Assembly (NCBI GenBank): GCA_041640715.1
Contig: JBEPZU010000003.1
Span: 12,826 to 76,825 of the forward strand
DNA from: Thermoproteota archaeon
GTDB taxonomy: Archaea > Thermoproteota > Thermoprotei > Gearchaeales > Gearchaeaceae
Direction of reading: 5' to 3'
Length of the DNA: 64,000 bases
Every line of letters starts with the position of its first letter. Positions within the stretch are counted from its first letter, which is position 1. The position numbers and the translations under genes are program-made. Below are positions 58,218 through 64,000 of the stretch, piece by piece. Under the pieces are notes generated by a model. It searched no databases. It was not told where the DNA came from and saw nothing but the letters and a program-made list of their open reading frames with translations.

Positions 58218-59780
58218 ATGGTAAGAGTTGTTCTTACAGCAGATCGAACTCTTACCGGAGAATTCCATCACATTCCTCTGTTGGACTTCTTTAGTTGTGC
58301 ACCCGTAGAAAGGACTCCTCAATTCTTGTACGATTTCCTAACGGGTCAGGTTCCTACTTATAATGGTATATTGGTAAGGGCTCCATATCCTTTGAGAAAG
58401 TTAGAAGCCGGTTTGCTCAGAGGGTATAAACCAAGTGAGATAGCAGTCGTGCATGCAGATCATGTTCATAAGTACATTGATGAAGATACAAGAGTAGTAG
58501 CCGTGAATACGATGGACCCGCTTGGACTAGGACCAGTTACTATGATGTTTACATATGGAGGCTATTACACTGCCTATACTAAGTATTACTTCATAAAACT
58601 GGTTAAGACTGTAGCAGAAATTAGGAGGAAAAGGAATCTGAAGTTCAAGATCGTGGTAGGAGGAAGCGGGGCTTGGCAATTAGATATCAAGAGGCATTAT
58701 TTAGATCAACTCGAGATAGACCATCTAATAATGGGAGAAGTAGATCATATTTTACCGGATTTGTTTTATCAAATTGAAGGGAATGGTTTAGACAGGGTGA
58801 TAAAAGTCAGAGGTCATCCTAAAATAGAAGAAATACCGACTATAGTGAGGTCTGCAATGCATGGGTTTACCGAGGCTATGCGGGGATGTGGAAGAAATTG
58901 TCACTTTTGCGAACCTAACTTGAGATTTGGAAGATACATGCCTGTAGAGAAAATAAAGAAAGAAGTTTTGGTAAACTTACGTGGCGGAATTAGGAATGTA
59001 TGGTTACATAGCGAAGACATATTCCTTTATGAAGTGGAAGACAAGTCGAATTTCTATCCCAATAGAGATGCTTTAATAAGATTATTCAGTAGCATTATGA
59101 ATATAAAAGGAATAGTTCACATGAATCCTACTCACGGAACTGTATCAGCAGCCGCGGCTGATCCTTTGTTAATAAGGGATCTTTCTAAAATATTAAGGGC
59201 AAATCAAAGGAATTGGATAGGCATTCAATGCGGCTTAGAATCAGGTTCATCTAAGATATTAACCAATTACATGCCATTGAAAGCAAAACCTTTCGATGCT
59301 GAAGAGTGGTCTGAGGTGATATTTGAAGGAAACGCGGTTTTGAATGAGAATTATTGGTTCCCTGCCTATACCTTGATCATAGGCTTACCTGGAGAAAGCG
59401 AGGACGATGCATGGGAAACAGCTAGGCTAATAGATAGACTCGAAAAAGAACTACCTAAGCGAGTAGGGAATAAAGCTCACTTCACAGTGACACCTCTTAG
59501 TTTTGTTCCTATAGGCTTGCTAAGGGATAAAGACTTCTATAACGTAGATGAACAGATAAATCAGGCTTCCTTCACTGTAATATATAGAGCGTGGAGACAT
59601 ACAATACTCGAGCTGGTATCAGCTTCAAGATATGTATTCAGAGTCAATCCTTTATTCAAAGCCTTTATGATAGGTTTATCGATGTTTGGAGCTAATGTAA
59701 TTCTTAGAGTTATAGAGAAGTGGGGTGAAAAATTAGGTTTTGATGTAGAAAAAGCAAAAAGAATTAGTTGGAATAACTAA
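58218..59780 (+). CDS. Radical SAM protein with an N-terminal B12-binding-like domain.
   Basis: The CxxxCxxC motif is CGRNCHFC. The start is reassigned to ATG 58218 (MVRVVLTADR). The listed 57912 start would overlap the convergent NpdG-like gene by 230 nt with a hydrophobic nonsense peptide. Confidence 0.65.
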   Translation: MVRVVLTADRTLTGEFHHIPLLDFFSCAPVERTPQFLYDFLTGQVPTYNGILVRAPYPLRKLEAGLLRGYKPSEIAVVHADHVHKYIDEDTRVVAVNTMDPLGLGPVTMMFTYGGYYTAYTKYYFIKLVKTVAEIRRKRNLKFKIVVGGSGAWQLDIKRHYLDQLEIDHLIMGEVDHILPDLFYQIEGNGLDRVIKVRGHPKIEEIPTIVRSAMHGFTEAMRGCGRNCHFCEPNLRFGRYMPVEKIKKEVLVNLRGGIRNVWLHSEDIFLYEVEDKSNFYPNRDALIRLFSSIMNIKGIVHMNPTHGTVSAAAADPLLIRDLSKILRANQRNWIGIQCGLESGSSKILTNYMPLKAKPFDAEEWSEVIFEGNAVLNENYWFPAYTLIIGLPGESEDDAWETARLIDRLEKELPKRVGNKAHFTVTPLSFVPIGLLRDKDFYNVDEQINQASFTVIYRAWRHTILELVSASRYVFRVNPLFKAFMIGLSMFGANVILRVIEKWGEKLGFDVEKAKRISWNN

Positions 59781-60013
59781 TATTTCTCTATAACTACTGA
59801 AGTCGTTGTCTTAACTACTCCGGGTATATTAAGTATTTTTTCTTTAACTATACTGGACAATTCTGAAAAGTCTTTGGCTTCCACTTTAACTACTATATCG
59901 AATTCTCCTGTAACTGCGTAGGCTTCTTTTATACCTTCTACCTTTTTGACCTCGGTACCTACTTTGTCTATTTTGTTTGGTTCTGCTATTAGGAATATGA
60001 ATGCTTCTACCAT
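59777..60013 (-). CDS. Stand-alone Lrp/AsnC RAM-domain (ligand-binding) protein.
   Basis: 78 aa. GIKEAYAVTGEFDIVVKVEAKDFSEL...IPGVVKTTTSVVIE. Confidence 0.75.
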   Translation of the reverse strand: MVEAFIFLIAEPNKIDKVGTEVKKVEGIKEAYAVTGEFDIVVKVEAKDFSELSSIVKEKILNIPGVVKTTTSVVIEKY

Positions 60014-60093
60014 TTCTCTTCTTTATTAGGATTGGTAAAATTTAAATCTTTGGTTTATATTTATTAACTTCCTAGAATAGTTGTTCTTATAGA

Positions 60094-61125
60094 ATGTCCC
60101 AATTGCTAACATTTGGAGACTTAGCTTCTTTAGTAGTGAAGCCAAACTTATGTGTTAGATGCGGTGCCTGTGTTGCAGTATGTCCTCCGGATGTGCTCAA
60201 AGTAGATGAATATAGCTCTGAAGGAGCCCAATTGGTAGGAGTTTGCACTCTATGTGGATTATGTCCATTAGTATGTCCTGTATTACATCCTTATGAAGCT
60301 CCTCTTGAAAGACCTTTGGGGAATTATCTCGAATATGGAATATACAAAGCTGCAGATGAAAGCTTGAAAGCAACAGACGGTGGTGTAACGACTGCAATTT
60401 TAGAACAGGCATTTGAAATGGGAATAATAGATTCAGCCATATTAGCTACGAGGGATGAGGAATGGTATGCCAAGGCCGTGATCGTCACAAACAAGGATGA
60501 TGTCAGAAAATATGCCCAGACCATATATTGGCATGTGCCCATGGTTACTCCTTTAAGGACTGCTATAGAGAAGATGAAGTTGAAGAAAATAGCTATTGTA
60601 GGTACAGGATGTCAAACAGAAGCTGCTAGATTGATGGATAAGATACCCAAATTCAAAGGAAGGGTTGCTTTGCTTTTAGGTTTATTCTGCTCCTCTACCT
60701 GGATGAGAGAAGATTTCTTGGATATTGTAAGAGAAAAATTAGCTATAACTCCAAAGGAGATAGAGAGGATGGACGTTAAAGGAGAGCTAATTTTCAAACT
60801 AAAAGACGGAAGCATCAAAAAATTACCAATCGAGGACTTCGACGAAGCTATATTTGGTTCTTGTTTTGTTTGTCATGATTTCACCGCTGAGGTAAGTGAC
60901 ATTTCACTTGGTGCTAATGGGGCCCCTCCTGGATGGAACTTTCTATTGGTAAGAACTGAATTGGGTAAGCAGATTTTAGAAGCTGCTTTGAAGTCTGGTA
61001 AGATTATCAAAAGCAATGTCAAGCCTAAAATTAAATTTGTGACCAATAGGGCTATAGATCAAAAACTAAGAGAAATGCCTCAGCATATAGTTAAACAGCT
61101 ACCTATAATTCAAAGCAAAAAATGA
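60094..61125 (+). CDS. Coenzyme F420 hydrogenase/dehydrogenase beta-subunit (FrhB/FpoF)-family protein.
   Basis: 343 aa. Two 4Fe-4S motifs, CVRCGACVAVCP and CTLCGLCPLVCP, are followed by FrhB N- and C-domain patterns: GGVTTAILEQA, CSSTW and CFVCHDFTAE. Confidence 0.7.
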   Translation: MSQLLTFGDLASLVVKPNLCVRCGACVAVCPPDVLKVDEYSSEGAQLVGVCTLCGLCPLVCPVLHPYEAPLERPLGNYLEYGIYKAADESLKATDGGVTTAILEQAFEMGIIDSAILATRDEEWYAKAVIVTNKDDVRKYAQTIYWHVPMVTPLRTAIEKMKLKKIAIVGTGCQTEAARLMDKIPKFKGRVALLLGLFCSSTWMREDFLDIVREKLAITPKEIERMDVKGELIFKLKDGSIKKLPIEDFDEAIFGSCFVCHDFTAEVSDISLGANGAPPGWNFLLVRTELGKQILEAALKSGKIIKSNVKPKIKFVTNRAIDQKLREMPQHIVKQLPIIQSKK

Positions 61126-61130
61126 ACTCC

Positions 61131-61426
61131 ATGGAAATAATCGATAAAGGGTTGAATTAAATATCGACTCAGAAAACATCGAACTTCCTTTTCTAGCTGA
61201 AGAATTCGGTTTTAAAAAGGTATATTTATCGAAAGAAGGATCTCTAATTCTCGTTCTCGAGAAGAACGGTAAAACGTTGTATAAAGAGATAAAAGATATA
61301 GGGCGTTTCATAGAAAACGTTGATAGGTTCGAAGCACCTCTAGTTAGCGAGTTAATGCTCAGTATTCTTTATGAAAGGATTTCCAAAGCGAAAGAGGAGA
61401 TGGAAGAAGAATTAGAACATGCTTAA
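61131..61426 (+). pseudogene. Small ORF apparently split by a 1-nt frameshift (about 97 codons when joined).
   Basis: ATG at 61131 gives MEIIDKGLN followed by a stop. The adjacent frame is open for 86 codons (RVELNIDSENIELPFLAEEFGFKKVYLSKEGSLILVLEKNGKTLYKEIKDIGRFIENVDRFEAPLVSELMLSILYERISKAKEEMEEELEHA) with no start codon before KTL, and its codon usage looks coding. Confidence 0.3.
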
Positions 61427-61449
61427 ATTCTAGTAAGCTACTATTTAAT

Positions 61450-63213
61450 ATGGTTATATCTGATACAGAGGTTTATTCTATTAACAAACATCTCTTTGAT
61501 TGGGTTCATTCTGTAGCTAGAATTACTAAACCTTCTTCAATCTATTGGTGTGACGGAAGCGATGAGGAATATCGATCATTAATTAAAGAAATGCTCTTGA
61601 AAAAGATTTTAATAGAAATAAATCAAGATGAATTTCCTTACTGTTACTTGCATAGGAGTGATCCTAACGATGTAGCTAGAACTGAAGAATCAACCTTCGT
61701 TTGTACTAGGAATAAAGAAGATGCTGGACCGAATAACAATTGGATGCATCCTGAAAAGGCCAAAGATTTTTTGTTAAACATTCTCAAGGATTCGATGAGA
61801 GGTAAAACTATGTATGTAGTTCCTTATCTCCTAGGACCTTTTGATTCGAAATTTTCTAGAGTAGGAGTTCAAATTACAGATAGCCCATACATCGTAGCTA
61901 ATCTTAGAATATTAACAAGGATGGGCAGAATTGCTCTTAAAAAGCTTATCGAATTTAAGGATTTCGTAAAAGGGATACATGCTACGGTCAATCTAGATCC
62001 TAGATATCGTTTAATATGTCACTTTCCAGAGGAAAAGTTGATAATAAGCGTAAACACTAACTATGGAGGCAACGCCATACTTAGCAAGAAATGTCATGCT
62101 CTTAGAATAGCAAGTTATGAAGCAAGAAAGGAAGGGTGGTTAGCAGAGCATATGTTATTGATAAACGTAGAAGATCCTGAAGGCAGAATATATGGTATAG
62201 CAGGAGCATTCCCTAGCGCTAGTGGAAAGACGAATTTCGCGATGATGAAACCTTCCCTAAAGGGCTGGAAAGTATATACTTTAAGCGATGACATTAGTTG
62301 GTTGTTTGTGGATGAAAAAAAGAGACTAAGAGGCATAAATCCTGAGAAAGGGTTTTTCGCAATAGCTACTGGAACTAACTATAAGACTAATCCGATATTG
62401 ATGGAAACGATAAAAAGGAACACGATATTTACTAACATAGCCTTAACCCAAGATGGCTTACCTTGGTGGGAAGGACTTGAAGATCCGGGTCCTGATAAGA
62501 TAATCTACAATTGGAAAGGAGAAGTTTGGGATAGGAAGGGTCCTGCTGCCCATCCAAATTCCAGATTCACTGTACCGATAGAGCAATGTCCTATCTTGTC
62601 TCCTTTCTTCGATGATCCTAAAGGAGTAGAAATTTCGATAATATTATTCGGAGGTAGAAGGAGGAGAACTGTTCCTTTGGTCTTTGAAGCATTCGATTTT
62701 GTTCATGGTGTATTGGTAGGTGCCATGTTAAGGGCCGAGACTACAGCAGCAAGGGTAGGCAAAGTAGGAGTTGTGAGGAATGACCCTATGGCTATGCTTC
62801 CTTTCTGCGGGTATAATCTGGGGGATTACTTATCCCATTTCCTATCTGTGATGAAGAAGCTAGAACAAAAACCTAAATTCTTTAACGTCAACTGGTTTAG
62901 AACAGATGAAGAAGGTAGATATTTGTGGCCTGGATTTGGAGAAAACATAAGGATCATTAAGTGGATGATAGAAAGACTTAGAGGCGAAGCAGATGCTGTA
63001 GAAACTGCAATAGGATATGTTCCGAGCATAGATTCATTGGACTTGGAAGGTTTGGAAATATCTAGGAAAGATCTCGAGAAGTTATTTGAAATAAACGAGA
63101 AAGAATGGATTGAGGAATTCAATGAAACTGAAAAGTTCTTCAATATGTTTGGAGATAGATTTCCTAAAGAACTTTGGGATAAATTTTATGAAATTAAATC
63201 TAGATTAAAATAA
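61450..63213 (+). CDS. pckG: Phosphoenolpyruvate carboxykinase (GTP).
   Basis: 587 aa. The kinase-1a motif FPSASGKTNFAMM is present, with a PEPCK-GTP family pattern throughout. Confidence 0.9.
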   Translation: MVISDTEVYSINKHLFDWVHSVARITKPSSIYWCDGSDEEYRSLIKEMLLKKILIEINQDEFPYCYLHRSDPNDVARTEESTFVCTRNKEDAGPNNNWMHPEKAKDFLLNILKDSMRGKTMYVVPYLLGPFDSKFSRVGVQITDSPYIVANLRILTRMGRIALKKLIEFKDFVKGIHATVNLDPRYRLICHFPEEKLIISVNTNYGGNAILSKKCHALRIASYEARKEGWLAEHMLLINVEDPEGRIYGIAGAFPSASGKTNFAMMKPSLKGWKVYTLSDDISWLFVDEKKRLRGINPEKGFFAIATGTNYKTNPILMETIKRNTIFTNIALTQDGLPWWEGLEDPGPDKIIYNWKGEVWDRKGPAAHPNSRFTVPIEQCPILSPFFDDPKGVEISIILFGGRRRRTVPLVFEAFDFVHGVLVGAMLRAETTAARVGKVGVVRNDPMAMLPFCGYNLGDYLSHFLSVMKKLEQKPKFFNVNWFRTDEEGRYLWPGFGENIRIIKWMIERLRGEADAVETAIGYVPSIDSLDLEGLEISRKDLEKLFEINEKEWIEEFNETEKFFNMFGDRFPKELWDKFYEIKSRLK

Positions 63214-63253
63214 TTAAAAGTTTATATTGATGAAATAAAAATGCTTAATTAAT

Positions 63254-63604
63254 ATGGGGCAAACTAAAGAGAAACCCATCGCTGCTTTTGTGTTTTCTTT
63301 ATTGACAGGAATCTTCATAATAATCTGGGCTCTCATAATTACACTATTCGGTGTTTTCTTCTTATTTATAATACCATATCCTTTAGGAACGTTTGTTACT
63401 TCCTTAGGGATAATAGGCCTACTTTTCGGTGGTCTAGCTTTTTTAGGTTCTATTTTAATATATTCAGCGGATACTTCTAAAGTAACAAAAGGAGGTATTA
63501 TTATCTTACTAGTCTCGTTCTTTTCTTTGTTGTTTAATCTCAATGTATTTGCCTTCATCCTAGGTTTGGTAGGAGGTATGCTGGCATTACTTTGGAAACC
63601 TTAA
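63254..63604 (+). CDS. Small membrane protein (4 TM).
   Basis: 116 aa hydrophobic protein. It is preferred over the overlapping Lys-rich low-complexity antisense ORF at 63214..63558. Confidence 0.4.
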   Translation: MGQTKEKPIAAFVFSLLTGIFIIIWALIITLFGVFFLFIIPYPLGTFVTSLGIIGLLFGGLAFLGSILIYSADTSKVTKGGIIILLVSFFSLLFNLNVFAFILGLVGGMLALLWKP

Positions 63605-63816
63605 ATTAAGTAAGAAGAAAGTTTTTCTACATGCATTGGTTAAATCGAGTTTAAAATGAATAGCTAGTATTTCGAAGTTTTTGTAAAAGCCATGTTAAGC
63701 TATTGATGGCTAGATTCCTAAATTTACAAGAAGTTCGTTCATCTAGTTAGTGTTTAGAAAGAAAAAGGATCATTGTTATAGTTAGGCTTAATGCTTTTCT
63801 TATAGATATTTGATAT

Positions 63817-64000
63817 ATGGGCGAACTTGAATTCTTGTTGAAAAGCTTTGAAATAAAAGAGATCAAAAGGAAGGGATGGTTGAGGAAAGTGGGTATAGAA
63901 AACCCAGAAAGCGTAGCTAGTCATAGTTTTGGAATAGCACTCTTGGCTTTGGTTTTCTTAGACGATCCTGAGTTATTTAGGTTGCTAAAAATGGCTATAA
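63817..64000 (+). CDS. HD-domain phosphohydrolase (YfbR-like), 5' partial at the window edge.
   Basis: MGELEFLLKSFEIKEIKRKGWLRKVGIENPESVASHSFGIALLAL matches the HD-domain N-terminus (R-x-GW...PESVA-x-HS). Confidence 0.55.
   Translation, partial: MGELEFLLKSFEIKEIKRKGWLRKVGIENPESVASHSFGIALLALVFLDDPELFRLLKMAI

Noticed and set aside
63214-63558. 114-aa - strand ORF overlapping the 116-aa + strand membrane-protein ORF.
   Set aside because: Lys-rich low-complexity translation. The + strand product is a coherent 4-TM protein.
1-64000. Search for tRNA, rRNA or CRISPR signatures.
   Set aside because: No GC-rich about 75-nt islands typical of thermoacidophile tRNAs in any intergenic spacer, no rRNA-like stretches and no direct-repeat arrays were seen by eye. 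A tRNAscan or Infernal run would be needed to be certain.

Overview
This 64 kb window is an AT-rich, gene-dense chromosomal segment with about 60 genes and no rRNA, tRNA or CRISPR that I could recognise. It reads as archaeal, most plausibly an aerobic acidophile of the Thermoplasmatales type, but I did not compute GC content and cannot verify the organism. The archaeal call rests on several gene families seen together: NreA-like (DUF650/651), Dpo4-like DinB, Elp3, AlaX, a double-CxxC protein disulfide oxidoreductase, an HTH_10 regulator, TrpB2, an FrhB-like protein, a stand-alone Lrp RAM-domain protein, and frequent 4-nt ATGA gene overlaps.

Main content:
- Two separate B-type (ba3-like) haem-copper oxidase operons, at 2858..5072 on the + strand and 24748..27064 on the - strand. 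Each has an unlisted ~49-aa single-TM ORF placed exactly like Thermus subunit IIa (cbaD) upstream of the CuA subunit II.
- A complete seven-gene diaminopimelate (DapL-variant) lysine-biosynthesis operon on the - strand, 8192..~15434, in the order dapA, dapB, lysC, asd, dapL, dapF, lysA. The dapA N-terminal region lacks any in-frame start codon, which suggests a frameshift at its 5' end.
- A sugar-utilisation pair: MFS transporter plus GH1 beta-glycosidase.
- CoaBC, an Mrp/ApbC Fe-S cluster carrier ATPase, adenine deaminase, spermidine synthase (SpeE), GTP-dependent PEPCK, TrpB2 and a polyprenyl synthase.
- An oxidoreductase island, 29663..39887: two MDR alcohol dehydrogenases, an aldehyde dehydrogenase, an Fe-ADH, a GlcD-like FAD oxidase, an MBL lactonase-like protein and an SCP2 protein.
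- Two paralogous MenA-like UbiA prenyltransferases plus UbiX.
- A DNA-repair-flavoured set: Dpo4-like DinB co-transcribed with a tiny membrane protein and facing an HExxH mini-zincin; an Fpg/Nei glycosylase lacking Pro2; NreA.
- A tRNA-related set: Elp3, a short CysRS-like protein, a Trbp111-like tRNA-binding protein and AlaX.
- A 1098-aa secreted, C-terminally anchored, heavily N-sequon-decorated sedolisin (S53)-like protein. It carries four internal G-x-GWYD repeats and apparent loss of the catalytic Ser.
- An F420-flavoured pair: an NpdG-like reductase and an FrhB-like protein.
- Several decayed pseudogene remnants: a Zn-ADH N-terminus at ~1844..1924, a truncated 2-hydroxyacid dehydrogenase at 455..817, and a frameshifted ~97-codon ORF at 61131..61426.

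All functional calls are from motif recognition by eye. No database searches were run.
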